Positions 1-14,127 of a stretch of 64,000 bases of DNA are shown in pieces; position 1 is the first letter of the stretch, and every line of letters begins with the position of its first letter. The notes under the pieces were generated by a model, which had not been told where the DNA came from, did no database searches, and saw only the letters and a list, made by a program, of their open reading frames with translations. The position numbers and the translations under genes are program-made. The stretch comes from Nageia nagi. Taxonomy: Eukaryota > Plantae > Pinophyta. The stretch is taken from positions 137,206,001 to 137,270,000 of the forward strand of contig JBITNC010000001.1 of assembly GCA_050084985.1 (NCBI GenBank). Reading direction: 5' to 3'.

Positions 1-522
1 CCTTATGACCATAAGTAAACCACCATACACTTAGCAACCCTACCATTAGTCAAAGAGAGTTGATTATGCCCTTTTAGGCCATTTTGAGAGTGCCAAGTGG
101 TGTATTTCCATTGGATCCACCCATTTGAAGTATTGTTTGTATTTTTGCATGGAATTTTGATTATTCTAAGGTTATATTTTATTTTTAATTAGCTAAAGCC
201 CCTATTATTGTGTTGAGTTTATTTTGTAAGCCAATAATAGTCTAAAGAGAGATATTTTTCTTGTTGGTATGCTCATTTTGGAAGATTTGTAAACCTCTTA
301 AGCCCAAATTGTAGAAGAGGAAAAAGGAGAAAAATGGGTATCTAGATATGGTTTTTGTTTGCTATTATCCTTGTTGTAACACATCCATATTTGACTCCAA
401 AATTTTGTATAAAAGGGAGCAAATTGGACATGCCAGAGGAGGAGAGTTTTGGAGGTGAATTTCAAAGCTAAAGTTTGTGTGTGAGTTGAAGTTTAAATTT
501 AATTCTTAAGGATTATGGATCA
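1..522 (+). repeat. 5' LTR (partial) of element 1
   Basis: Aligns to about 5630-6394, ends in CA, followed by a degenerate Met-i PBS (aggtattagacc, 527-538). Confidence 0.9.
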
Positions 523-708
523 TGATAGGTATTAGACCAAGAGATTGAATTGGGATTAACTTGTATTTTGTGAGTTTTGTTATTAGGTGTTTGGAAATTA
601 TTTTACATGAATACTAGGTTGCAAAGTAAGAAAGGAGGAGAGGAAATTGAAGAAGGAGATCATAAGATTGGTTCAAGGATTTAGCTAAAGAAATAAAGGG
701 AGATTGCC

Positions 709-3700
709 ATGGCCAATGAAGGAGGATCCAATGTGGAAAAGAAACTTGCTAATGTCACTTCAATATTCCAAAAGATGTCACTCCCTTTCCAATACTTCCA
801 AGAATAAGAAAACAAGAAAAATGAAGGTGAATCTAGTGAAGGTAAAAATTGAGTAATGAAAATGCAAATAGCTATTTTCAAAGTTCTCTTTTAAAGCTTG
901 ATGTTAATTTTGATTTGCCTACTTTTTATGGAGAAGTGAATGCTAAAAAATTAGATCATTGGACTAAGCAAATTGAAGTGTATTGTAGAATACAAAGATT
1001 GTTAAAGATGGGAATAAAATCAAATTAGCTACTATTAAGATGAGTGGGAATGCACTTATTTGGTGGGAAAGTTATATGCAAAATTATATGGAAAGTGAGG
1101 ATGAATTACTTAATGATTATATTGCTTCTTGGAATCATTTTTTATAATTGCTTATAGATAAATTTTATCCATTGGGATACCATCAAAAAGCAGTAATGGA
1201 ATGGAAAAGCTTTTGTCAAGGAAAAGGGAAAAGTGTGCAAGAATACACAACCAAGTTTCAAAAAAGGGCTACTATGATATATATTTCTCTTAATTCCCAA
1301 GACACTCTTCTAAAGTATATTGGTGGTTTGAAAAACTATTTGAAACATACTTTGTTGATATTTGATCCAACATATTTGGATAAAGTTTGTGTACAAGCCA
1401 CACACTTGGAAGAAAGAGGCAAATTTATGAAACAAAGTAAAAAGAAAAATGCTTCTAATCCTAATAATTTTGAAAATAATAAGAAAAAGAGAAAAGAGAA
1501 AAATAAAACCACAACTTCTACACAAAAATAGAAATCTAAATATGTTTGCACTCATTGTAAAAAAGAAGGTCATTTAGAGGCTAAATGTTGGAAATTGTAT
1601 CCTAAATTATGCCCTAAACCTAAAGGAAAAAAGAAATAAGTAAACACTATTTCTAAAGAGATTAATGGTGATTTTGAAGTAGATGAAAAAATGACATGTA
1701 TGGTTTTACATCATTCAACTAATGAAGATGAGGAAAAGAAGAAAATAGAACTTTTTCACATCAAAGAACAAGTTAAGAAAACAAGGATTGAAACATTGTT
1801 TGATCTTAGTTCATAAGCTAACTTGATTGCTAAGGAATATGTAAAATCACTTTCACTCACTACTCAACCACATCCACACCCATATCCATTGGGATTGGTT
1901 CACAAAAAGTCCAAGTTAGAGGTAACACAACAATGCAAATTGAAATTTGGAATTAACAAGGATTATATTGATGAAGTTTTACTTGATGGTGTTCCTTTGG
2001 TTATTTGTGGGATTGTGCTTAGAAGTACTTATATATGGGATATAGATGCTTTATTTTATAGAAAGGAGAATAAATAGACTCATAAAGGATGTAATTGAGT
2101 ATGTTTTTAACTCAAATCAAAGCATGAAAAAGAATATATATTTGATTGCTATAGGAAAAGCAAAAAGACTAATTAATATAGGGAAAATGTTTGCACTTGT
2201 AATTGTGAGATCTCAGAATGAAGTGGAAATTATTAAGGCACTTAATGAATGCAAACCTCAATACAAATACAAAGTTCAAAAGGTAATTTCTAAGTTTGAG
2301 GATTTATTTCAAATTCCTAAAGAACTTCTACCTAAAATAGATATACAACATGATATTCAATTACATCCTAATGTTGTACTTCCTAATATTTGTTTGTATA
2401 GACATTTTTTAATGGAAAATGAAGAATTAAGAAACAAATTAAGGAATTAATAGATCAAGGAGTCATTAGACCAAGAAAATCACCATGTGATTCTCCTATT
2501 TTTATAATTACAAATAAAGATGGAACTTGACGTATGTGTGTTGATTACAAGGTATTAAATAAAATCACTATTAAAAATTGATATCCATGGCCACGTATTG
2601 ATGATTTAATGAACCAATTGTAAAAAGATTACACAACTTGATTTAAGGAGTGGTTATCATCAAGCACGCATTAAAGAAGAGGATGTTTGGAAAATTGGTT
2701 TTAAAACTAAGCAAGGATTATTTGAATGGTTGGTTTTACTATTTGGTTTATGCAATGCTCCTGCTACTTTTATGAGAGTGATGAATGAGGTATTGAGGCC
2801 TTTCATTGATGAATTTGTTATTGTTTATCTTGATGATATTCTCATATATAGTAATGATTGGGATGAACATAAAGTGCATATTTGTAAATTTTTTGAAGTT
2901 TTAAGGAAAGTAAAACTCTATTTGAAGATGTCTAAGTGTGAGTTTGTGAGGAAAAGTTTAATCTATTTTGACCACATTGTATGTGAAGGTCAATTGAGGA
3001 TAGATCCTACCAAAGTTGAGGCTATGATGAAATGGAATACTCCAACTAATGTGACTAAAAATAGGAGTTTTCTTGGAGCTATGTAATATTTACAAAAGTT
3101 TATTGCTAACTTTTCTTATATGGCTTCTCCCTTCATGCTATTACAAGAAAGAGTCATGGATTTTAGTGGGGAGGAAAAGAATGACATGCATTTGATTTGC
3201 TTAAAAAGAAAATTAGTAATGCTCCAATGCTTTCTTTTCCTAATATTCAAAAGTATTTAGAAATTGAAAATAATGCAAGTGACTATGCTATGCGTGAAGT
3301 TTTGTTGCAAGAAAGGCATCCTATGTGTTATCATTCATAGATGTTCAACAATGCGGTAAGAAATTATACCACTTATGAAAAAGAATTATTTGCATTAGTT
3401 CAAAGTATGAAGAAATGAAAACATTATTTGGTTGGTAAAGAGACAATAATCCATATAGATCATCAACCCTAACAATATTTACAATCATAACCTAAATTGC
3501 AACAATCTAGACCCTTTTGTTGGATGAGATTTTTGTAACAATTTCATTTAATGATTAGATATAAAAAGGGTTCTCAAAATAAGATTGTTGATATGTTGTC
3601 TAGACCACCAATTATGGCAGTTGTTATTCTACAAAATAGTTCCTTGATGCATGAGGGTTATAAAGAATAGTATTTTGATGATCCTAATTTCCAAAGCATA

Positions 3701-5087
3701 TATTGTAAATTGAATCTTGGTAATCAAGTTGGACATATTGACTTTCATGTACATGATGGATTGCTTTATCATTTGGGCAAACTTTGTATACCTATTAGTG
3801 AGAGGAATTATTTGATTAGGGAAGCTCACACTTCTTGTATTTTAGGACATTTTGGTGCTGGTAAGACTCTTACTAATTTGCAAAGGTATTGTTATTAGCT
3901 TAAAATGCAAGATCATATATCCAGGTATATTAGAGGTTGTATGTTATGCAATGTTAGCAAACGTAATAACATGAAGTTGGGTCTTTATATGCCATTATCT
4001 ATTCCTACAAGACCATGGGAGAGTATTTATATGGATTTTGTTTATGGTTTACCAATTTCTAAGAAAGGAAATGATTATTTGTATGTGTTTTTGGATAGAT
4101 TTAGTAAAATATGCATATTAATTCCATGAAAAAAACTATGATAGGTCAAGATGCTGCTAATATTTTCTTTAATCATGTGTGGATACATTTTGGTATTTCT
4201 ATTTCTATCATTTACGATAAGGATTCTATGTTTCTTGGTAGATTTTGGACTTCTTTATGGGAAAGGATGGACATTAAGTTAAAGAGAAGTAGAGCATTCC
4301 ATCCATAGACAAATGGTGAAATAGAGGTAGTAAATAGGATAGTGGTACACCTTTTACGAGGTTATTATGGTAAGTATCCTAATACTTGAGATCAACATTT
4401 GAGCTATATAGAACATGCATATAATCAATCTATACACTCTTCTACTAACAAATCATATTTTGAGACATATTTTGGTTATTTTCCAAAGTCACCTTTCAAT
4501 TTGGCTTTTTCTTCATATAGCAATGGAGATAGTATTCTTCATAGTGGGGAGGAGTGAGCAAACAACTTCATTGAGAGGATCAGGGTGATACATCAAAAGG
4601 TGAAGGAATAGTTGGAGAAGAGTCAAGCAAAGTACAAAGAGAGGCATGATCATCATAGAATGGATCACAAATTTTAAGGCTTCATCTTTGCAAGAAAAGA
4701 AAACATGGTAAGGGGAAAAAGTTGAAACCAATAAGGTATGGGACTTTTAAGATCATTAATCAAGTTGGTGATAATGCATTTTTATTATACCTATCACCTT
4801 ATATGTAGATTTATTCCATCATTAATGTGGAGAATTTGAAGTTGTATGAACCAACCTTGGTTGTAGAAGATACAAGTGTCATGTTACTATCAATTCAAGA
4901 TTTAGCCTCAGAGCACATGAGTATTTTAGTTGAGGATGAAGTATTGGAAAAGAAGAAGAGATCATCCCATAGTGGTGAATATGAGGTATGGCATATTGGT
5001 TTGAAGGGCCAACACCTACACAAGGCTAAGTGGTATATAGTTGATCGAGGGAGGAAACTCTATCCTCACCTTATTCCATCATCCTAG
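709..5087 (+). pseudogene. gag-pol pseudogene (gag, CCHC knuckle, protease, RT, RNase H, integrase, degenerate chromodomain-like tail)
   Basis: CTHCKKEGHLEAKC at 1547-1588; LFDLSS protease ~1795; [10 protein letters not shown] and YLDD in ORF 2730-3086; HHCC and SIYMDFVYGLP integrase 3820-4300. Many stops and frameshifts. Confidence 0.92.
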
Positions 5088-5127
5088 GAGCTTTTAGGGA
5101 TAAAATCTCTCTCTTGATAGGGAGGAA

Positions 5128-6394
5128 TGATCTAAAATTTGTATCTCTATAATGTTTTATAATTTCATGTTTAGTGTATTCAAAGTGTCTATTTCTTTTC
5201 TAGCTTTCCAATGCTTCTTTCGGATTAGGATTTTGTCTTTGTATGGAGAAGTTTTATGGATTTTAGTGTTGGGTGTATTTGGTGTGTTTGAGAAATTTGA
5301 AAAAGGTAAAAAAAAATGATATTGTAAATTTTTTATCATTTTGGGTAGCTAGTTATTTGGTGGGACCTACCACCAAGTGTTGAGCACCTATGCAAAGGAG
5401 AATAGGATCATTTGACCACCATGGCAAGCTACCATTCCACCTTGACCACCTACCAACACCTTGGAGAACTAGAAGTGAGGTGTCAGAGCCCATGGAGCTT
5501 AGTGAGGTGGAGGGTGGGGTTTAGGAGCTACCAGCACATATTGGGGTCTACCAAGATGGATGGGGGGCCTAACCACCCACTCTTGACTATGGCTTCACTA
5601 GCTACCATTTTAAACTTGGTCATTGATTACCTTATGATTGCAAGTCAATTTCCAATTGTTTAGAAACCATACCATTGATCCAAGAGAGTTGACCATGCCC
5701 TTTTGGGCCATTCTAAGTGTGCCAAGTGGTGTATTTCCATTGGATCCACCCATTTAAAGTGTTATTTGTATTTTTACATGGGATTTTGATTATTCTAAGG
5801 TTTTGTTTTATTGTTAATTGGCTAAAGCCCCTATTATTGGGTTGAGTTTATTTTTGTAAGCCTATAATAGTCTAGAGAGTGATATTTTTCATGTTGGTAA
5901 GATCATTTTGGAATATTTTGTAAACCTTTTGAGCCTAAATTATAGAATAGGTAAAAGGAGAAAAATGGGTAACTAGATATGGTTTTTGTTTATTATTATC
6001 CTTATTATAACACATCCAAATTTGACTCCAAAAATGTGTATATAAGGGAGAAAATTGGACATGCCTAAGGAGGAGAGTTTTTGTTCAATTTTAGAGGTGA
6101 ATTTTAGAGCTAAAGTTTGTGTGTGAATGTGAGAAGAGGTTGGAGGATTGTGGAGGTCCTTTTGTAAGATAATTCCACCCATTTTGAATAGAGAGCTAGA
6201 TTGTTGAAGTAGCCCACACTAGGTGAACCAAGGTAAACTTGCTTGTCTTTTATGTGATTGGAGTTCTATTTTTCTTCTCTAGTTTTACATACATGCTCTC
6301 TTAATTTCCTTACAATCACTTAATTCAATTGAGTGTGGAATTATCCTAGTTTGAGAATTGAAGTTTAAATTTAATTCTTAAGGATTATGGATCA
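5128..6394 (+). repeat. 3' LTR of element 1
   Basis: Termini TGATC...GATCA, preceded by polypurine tract agggaggaa (5119-5127). Confidence 0.9.
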
Positions 6395-6402
6395 ATTTTC
6401 AA

Positions 6403-6912
6403 TCTATCACCATCACCTATCACTCAAATTCTCCTCTCATCATTCACTCATGAATAAATTCCCACTATTAGATGATTAGATATAGATACATGTACATAAT
6501 TAGACATCTACTTAATATAAAAAAATTATAATTTATTGAATGTGGCTAGTGCATTGCATACAAAATCTAATGATCTATGTTCAAATCCCACTCACCCAAA
6601 ATTGCTTTTTCAAATCCAAGTGAAGTAAACAACACAAAATATAAGAAAATCACCAACATAAAGATTATCATTTGTATTCAAACAAAAAGTCTAGTCAAGT
6701 GGGATTTGAATATAGATCATTAGATTTTGAGTGTAATGCACTAGCCATTAATGAACTATAGTTTTTTCATATTAAGAACATATATAATTGTGATCTTTGT
6801 CCATATATAATTATCTAATTATGGGCATTTTTCCATATCTTTTTATGGGTGTTTATCCATGAGTGGAAGATGAGTGAAACATTTGAGTAGAGGATGATGG
6901 CATCGAGATAGA
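6403..6912. mobile_element. Foldback / MITE-like long inverted repeat
   Basis: 6543-6592 is nearly the exact reverse complement of 6698-6747; weaker arm pairing extends to 6403 (tctatc) and 6912 (gataga). Confidence 0.65.
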
Positions 6913-6951
6913 CATACACCCATTATATGTGTATAATTTTGGTTGGAGGAT

Positions 6952-7513
6952 TGTTAGAATGTATAATGCATTATTGTAAGGTTTCTTATTGTAATCCACT
7001 TAATACTTAAGGGTATCATTAAATAACTTAAGTATTTAGTGAATATGGTAATGTAAAATCACTAATACTTAAAAGTATCCCTAGATACCTTTTCAAGTCT
7101 TTGTGAATAAAATAATGTAACTTGTCCTACACTCCATCTCATGAGCATGCCCCTTGGGTAAAAGGGTGATGTATTTTATGACATTGTACAATGGTTAAAA
7201 GAGTGATCCAAGGGAGGATTTTGACCTATAAATAGAAGGTCCTCTCCTTGATATTACTCACTCAAGTTTGTAGAAAAGTTATGCTCTAGGATTGTTAAGA
7301 GAAGTGAGAAAGAGTTGTTGTAAGAGAGTGCTCTTTAAGAATAAAAAGATCTTAGATTAGTGGATGCACTACCATGGTTGGAGGAACCACTTTATATTGG
7401 TGTTAACTATGTGAGATTGGTTATTATTTTTATGCTATTGTGATGATATTTTAGAGAGCTTTCATTATATCTTTGTAGAAGAGGAATTTAGTCACTTAGG
7501 ATTAGTTCTTTCA
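6952..7513 (+). repeat. 5' LTR of copia element A
   Basis: TG...CA, TATA (cctataaata ~7225), followed by PBS; homologous to 41987-42547. Confidence 0.92.
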
Positions 7514-8361
7514 ATTGGTATCTAGAGCCATCCTTGAAGGCTCCTCTTCAACATCTTAGAGGTTATTCCTACTTCATTGGTAAGATAAAATTAATTTTAA
7601 AGTATAACATCTCTCTTTTATTATTTTGGAATTATTTTCAATTATACTAACATATTTTTACCATGTGTTAGTTCTATTCTTTTTTGAAAAATTTGCTTAC
7701 ATGTTATTGCTATGAATTTTTTTTTACTAATATTATTTTGTTAGTTGAAATTTTTTTGAATTTGCTTAAAATATAGCAATAATGTGTTAGTTTAAAGTTG
7801 TAAAATTTTTTAGTTTCACAACTTTACAAATATGTTATTATTACAATAAAAAAATTTGTAATATTATTTTTTTTAAAGGAGAAAGTTATTTTTTTAGAAA
7901 TAATATATTTTTTATAATATGTTGAAGCCTACTATTTATTTTTTCTATAACATATGGTAAAAATTAATATGTTATTAGAAAAATAATTAAAACATAAGTA
8001 GGCTCTTTCAAAAAATATATATATATGTCGTTTCTCAAAATAAAAGAAAAGGTATATAGCCATAAAAAAAAAGCTATTCATTTTCTTTTTAAGTATGGAT
8101 ATTCTTCAAACAATAGTTGAAAATGTTTATATAAATTTTTTTCTTTAATAATAAAAATTAAAAAAAGGAGAACTATTTTATTATTTTTTTAATATAAATA
8201 ATATTATAAAAAAATTAAAAAAAAATAATCAAAAGGGGACTGTGCGCCCCTGCCCCTACCCTATCTCTATAAGCTATGTACCAAAAAATAAAATATAAAA
8301 CCCCACCCTAGCCACTGTAACCCTTGGCAATCGAGCACCTAGAACCTACCTAATGGCATCC

Positions 8362-9019
8362 TGTAGATGCCTCAAAATGAACCTTTATGTATTTGATAAA
8401 TTATTCTAATCCCTTAATAATGTATCATTTAAAAAGGGATTAAAAATGTATAAGAAAGGTGTAGGCCATGTATTTTACCCTTGTGTCATGTACAAGGGGT
8501 CAAATCCTATAATAGAAGTATCCCTAAATAAAGGAATTCAAGACATACAAAGATGAATGAGGGGCTTATCATCAAGAGGATACTAGATAAGAGGTATATT
8601 ATAGAAGGCCCAAGGCTTCTATCAATTGAATATCAGATAGAGAATCAAGGAATCGAGCATCATTTGCAAAACAAACCTTTGCAAGGTCTTCTAATATGTA
8701 ATAACTGAATCTCTTATCTCAAGCATTATCACACTTATGTTATAGTGATAAATCATTTGTTCTTTTGTCATTTTATCTTTCATCACATCTTTAGTTTTAT
8801 CCTTAACACAATGCTAATGGTGTACTATTACTATGTGATATTGCTCATTCTTGATGTATGACTTTCCTTAATTAATTGAATATGCATGTTAATGAAATGA
8901 ACCTATATGCTTAATCATTTGTTGTCATATTCCTATTTTATGTCAACAAAAAAATATACCAAATAGTTCATTTGTTAATTCCCCTAATTAGTTTATGATT
9001 GCATTATTTAGGGTCTACA
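8362..9019 (+). repeat. 5' LTR of element B
   Basis: Homologous to 16876-17550. Confidence 0.92.
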
Positions 9020-9149
9020 TCTTGGTGAACCCAACATTCTTACACACCTAGGTATTCATCTAGGGAAAAATCCTTCTATAATGTAATGAATACATTTTCA
9101 CTAGTTTTTCTCTCCAAAGAGGAAGTGCTCCAAATAGTAGCCAAAAAGT

Positions 9150-11230
9150 AAGATAAAATTAGGGCTTATTTTGCTTATATCCCCAATATGGATCTTAACC
9201 TAGATAACCCTACCATATCAAAATCTAAAGTAAAAATTTTAGCGGTTAGGAGAAGTCTTCAAATTAATCATGAATTATCTGTTCAAATTAACCCTCCTAA
9301 TACCATCTAGGACCCTAAATATTTAGATTCTGGTAAACAAATATCCATTATCAGAGAGATTCCTAATCACTATGTTATTCTTGACCCTAGGAACTTGGAT
9401 AATTTGGCTCCTAAATTGGAACCCTTTGAGGATGATGAACTCCCTGATCTTGATAGGATTCCTTGCTATGCTTGGTTCATTCAATAAGTGTTATATGATA
9501 AAGAAAGGTTGTAATTTATTGTAATAATGCTTCTATTATAGTGTAGCTTCTTTCAAATGTAAATTTGCTTGATAACCACTTCAAATCTATAGAATTTAAA
9601 GATAGCTTGTTCCTCTATAAGGAATCTTCAAAACATCTTCAACCTATGCATGAAATGCATGATGTGGGTAGCATGCTTGACTATCATCATGGTGTGGGTA
9701 TCATATATCCTAATGAAGTAGAGCCTGAACTAGAGGTTGATGCTAAGTTGGACTAGCCACTGCATGAGGAATATGTTTATGGAAGTGATGATTAGTCAAA
9801 ACCTAAGAATAAAGAAGAAGAATCTTACAATAGTTTGATCCTTAATCCACATTACTTCGATAGAGAAAAAAAAGGTAAAGGTTAAATTCTTTTACCTAAT
9901 GATGAAATTTAAACTCTTATTAAATAGCAACTTGCTGAAGTTATTAGAGAATCCTTTAAGTGACAACCAACTTAGACTCCTGAGGAGCATGAGATTAAGA
10001 TAAGTATCATTATGGATATCCATGAAAACATAAATTGGTATAAACAACCTCCATACAAACAATTGGAAATCCTAGTAAGGGTATTGCATGAACTTGAGAA
10101 TGATAAGGTTAATCATACTAAAAAGTTTCCTATTTTAAAAAATAATCCACTTCAAACACCATATAATATACAACCTCCCCCTCCCCAACCACCATCCCCA
10201 AAGACCAATGTAGGATCTAACAATATTATGAGTAGTGGGGATGATTTCCTTTCATGTTTAAAAAGACCCCTCACTAATAGAATTCTTGCCAAAATAATCC
10301 CCATGAAAAAGAGTATCAAATTTACTAAGTTTAATGGTATACTGGATCCTAGGATGCATGTTCATAAATTTCATGAAGCTATTGAATATATGCATGATCA
10401 ATATTTGTTAGCTAAGTTGTTTACTTACAATTTGAAGGATGATGCTCTAAAATGGTACTTTCAGCTTCTCAAAAATAGCATTGATAGGTATGAGGATTTG
10501 ATTCATATATTTTTGCATATTATGGTTATAACATTACTAAGAAGGTTTATCTTAAGGATTTGTGTAAAATTAAATAACTCCCTAACTAATCAGTGAAGGA
10601 TTTTATATGGAAAGAAACTACTAATAAACTCACCATGGATGAACATGAACTCAAGCATATTTTTTGTGGATGGTCTCTTGCCTATATATAAGTTATTTAT
10701 CATTTATAATCATGATATATCTTTAGGAGATATGATTGACACTATAACTAAAGAGAAACCATGCATTAAAAAATTGAGTGCTATGAAACATGTTGATCAT
10801 GCTTCACCTACAAAACCTATTACTAAAAAGCAAACCAAGGTTGAAACAAATCATGTTGCATGAAAAAAATGAGGTAGTTCTCCACCCAAACATACTCACC
10901 AATATACTCCTTTGAAAGATACTATTGATAATATTCTAAATGTATTATTATATGAGGAATCGATCGAATTACCTCCTATTATTGAACCTAAGTTTACTAA
11001 TGGTGTGCCTAAAAATTTTACTAAGAAGAATTTTGTAATTATCATAGGATACCTAATCATCTAACCTAGGATTGTATGACTCTTTGTAACCTTATACAAG
11101 ACTTCATTGATAATGGAGCAATCAATATGGATTTAAAACTAGCTACATGAGCAAGACCTACACATCCAGATAATGCATAGCTAGTGGTACCCTACCATCT
11201 TCAAAATCTTGAGGGTGCATTGATATAGTA
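9150..11230 (+). pseudogene. gag pseudogene with long N-terminal extension
   Basis: ORF 10012-10596 KFNGILDPRMHV...AKLFTYNLKDDALKWYFQL (retrotransposon gag domain); FCNYHRIPNH..DC knuckle ~11030; homologous to 59400-61516 (-). Confidence 0.85.
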
Positions 11231-12028
11231 AGTGTTTCCCATAATTTACATTCCTTTTTAGCTAACACTCATGCATACAAGAATCTTCCTCCAAATAGGA
11301 ACAAGAATAGAATCAAAAGGTGTGGCATTAGTAGCATGAATTATTACTTTCAGGGAACCCATAGCATAGGTATGAATACTACAAAAGTGCTTCTTTTTTT
11401 CCCTACATCTATGAAGTGTATTTGGATGGCAAAAACTCCCAAGGTACATAAGGTTATTCCTTGATCTCTTTTTGACATCACAATCAGTGTATATTAGTAG
11501 CTAGGGTATTTTTGTATCTTTTTGTTTTCCTATTATGTGTGTGCACCAATCTAGTGATTGTTTTGAGTTGTATATGTCATTCCTTCCTATGTTCATAATC
11601 TAGGGATCCAACTCATTTTTGTACATGATGCTAATGCCCTACTATCTCTACTTTGGGTTGCCTATGTAGTGGTTTTCCCAACATAGAATGTTTAAAATTT
11701 ACTTTTTATCATTCTAAACATTGTGCCTTATCCTTTATACTAATCCTGGGTGTTGTGTCATGACATCTATGCTCATACACATCCTTATGTCCTTTATTGG
11801 TTTCTCCAAGGTACCTTGGTTCCTTCAGGTTATGTATCATTTAAGTTTGTGTGCATGTCTTATGCTCATTATTAGTTGTACATAACATAATGTGTGTGTG
11901 TTTAGCATGTTTTACTATTAGTTAGTTAGTATTTAGGGTTCATTATGCCTATATGTGTATCCAATGTCAACCATATAAATATAACATAGATAAAAAAAGA
12001 GAGTATTGAGTCCATAAATAATGAATCG

Positions 12029-12052
<24 letters not shown>
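12029..12052. repeat. (TA)12 microsatellite
   Basis: Direct reading. Confidence 0.95.
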
Positions 12053-12059
<7 letters not shown>

Positions 12060-12104
12060 GTATGTATGTATCTGAGTCAAAATTTTGTACAAAATAGATA
12101 TACA

Positions 12105-14127
12105 TAGGCCTTAGCTCTACATCATCCACCATGGGTGGGCACTAGCCCCATACTAGATGCATCACCCCTAGAATGTACTCTCCTACCACTACCATCGCTA
12201 GATCCAGATATGAAGACTCCACCTAAGATATCACTATCTTGGAGTCCATAAGCCTCTAAGAGGGTCTTGGCCCTCATATACTTAGCCTGCAATTGAGATA
12301 CCTCTAGAGCTTGAGCTACAATCTAATCATGTTAACTCTACACTACCGATTTGTTGGGGTCATAGTGAGCCTATCCTAGAGGCCCTTCACTATTTGAGAT
12401 AATGAAGCCACCTCCACATCCCATGTCACAAGTGTATCCCTCACCATAGCTAACTCTACCTCCAATGGCTAGAGATGTACCAACTCGACCTCCATCAACC
12501 TCATTCTAGCTCACAAAGGCTCCATGGCTACCACCTGTGCATCTAAAACCCCTATCATATCATATATAATACCATTTAGTCTCTCATTAGCTATAGTTAA
12601 AATTTGAAAATCATAAAGAATTATGAGTAGATTCTTTCTTACCTAGATTAGGGGAAACCATTGCTAGCACCTCCAATCCCCCTACTAGTGAAGGCCCATT
12701 ATGGATGGGATTATCTACATTCATCTTATCCTCCTCTTCTAATGGTGGGTTTGATGCACTATTCTCCCACTATTTGACTCATCCAAGCCCATGGATCTTG
12801 GACACATAGCTATCCACCATACCACATAACTGGGGGCAACCCTAGGAGCCATGGCCACCTCCATAACAACATCCATTATCAATGGCTCTAGCCACCCTAT
12901 CACCAACACTAGCATATCTTGAGCAGTATCAAGAATGTCTCTCTCCACTATGTATTAATGGTACACTAGGGGACTATTGGGATTAGATGTTGTATTGCAA
13001 ACTACCTCAACACTTGCTCTAGATGGTATGACTCTACTATCTTCTACCTAATCTAGAGGAAGTGGGTTTTCCTCACCCATGCCAAATTATGGGCATCCCT
13101 ATGCCACACATAATCAGCATAGCACACCCATATGATATCTACCTCTTAGAAACCATTGATGTCCATTCTCCTTACCTCCATAGATAAAAGAGGCCTATAT
13201 TCACCAATGGGCCTATCTAGCACACTAGGGCCACATCTACCAGGTCATCTCTCACCCTCTACAATACCATTGGCTTGATAACTAATATGTGCTCATATGC
13301 CCATACTTATAGGAGGTTTGCATGAGCAATCATCATGTTTACCTTATCAACATTGATGAATGAATACAAATCTCCATAAATCTATATCAGTACTAATTGT
13401 CCCCATGCTAACTATTTATCTCAAGCACATATCTCTCATACTACCCATGTCTTCCCAAGATGAAAAGCTAAATAACTTTTATTGGGAAATAGATAGGTGG
13501 TAATAATATCAACCACATGTAGCCTTAGGTGTCTCCTTACTATGGCATACTTGCAAACCTCTATGAGTCTCACTAACTAGTGATCCCAATCATGGTCATC
13601 TAATCTAGTCATCTCTAAATAGTTAGCCCCATGAGTGTTATCATCCCTCATCTCACACTACCACACCAAGCCACCCCTAATGGGTATAACCTAGATCTGA
13701 TATACATATTCTAGAGTTACTATCATTTCAATAGTGGGAAGGTGAAATGAGCAACAATCTTGTTTGCATGTCTTAGCCAATGCTATGAGAAGGGGAATAT
13801 CCACTTGTACGATCCTTGCATAAGCAAGGTCCTCTAACCTTGATCAGTTTAAAATGTCATTTGACTATTGAGTTCATGACAAGGCTTGAGCCAAATACAA
13901 AGCCATAGTCTTCATAGGCCCACCCTAGATCAACCCCTTATGATCCTACAAGGTAATGCTTGGTTCTGTTAATCCATCCTCTACATCCATTGATAATAAA
14001 AATATAATAGATCAAATTTGAGTCTACCAACTACATGCTGAAATGGTAGACTATGGAGATATTCCATTAGATGACCTTTCCTCTTGATAATTAGTTAATG
14101 AATACTCCTCCAATCAATGGAAACCAT
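12105..14127 (-). pseudogene. Plant mobile domain (PMD, aminotransferase-like, MAIN/MAIL-related) pseudogene, antisense to element B, with putative intron 12543-12642
   Basis: Minus-strand translation VDIPLLIALAKTCKQDCCSFHLPTIEMIVTLEYVYQI (~13690-13810) and LL*VWAYEHI (~13290) match the PMD motifs D..LI.AL.ERW...TFHLP.GE.T.TL.DV and LLQ.W.WE. Confidence 0.8.

Larger units (their letters stand above)
1..6394 (+). mobile_element. Ty3/gypsy chromovirus (CRM-like) LTR retrotransposon, decayed; 5' end lies upstream of the window
   Basis: 1-522 matches the right part of 5128-6394 (both end ...aaggattatggatca). Internal order gag-PR-RT-RH-INT. PHPHPYPLG motif after the protease is typical of CRM-clade elements. 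PBS-like and PPT sites are present. Confidence 0.9.

Noticed and set aside
1310-1573. Hydrophobic 'membrane protein' ORFs here and at 29796-30158, 36930-37163 and 60739-60921
   Set aside because: Antisense shadows of K/E-rich TE coding frames.
6543-6592. Functional tRNA gene
   Set aside because: No complete acceptor or D stem; only B-box and anticodon-arm resemblance.
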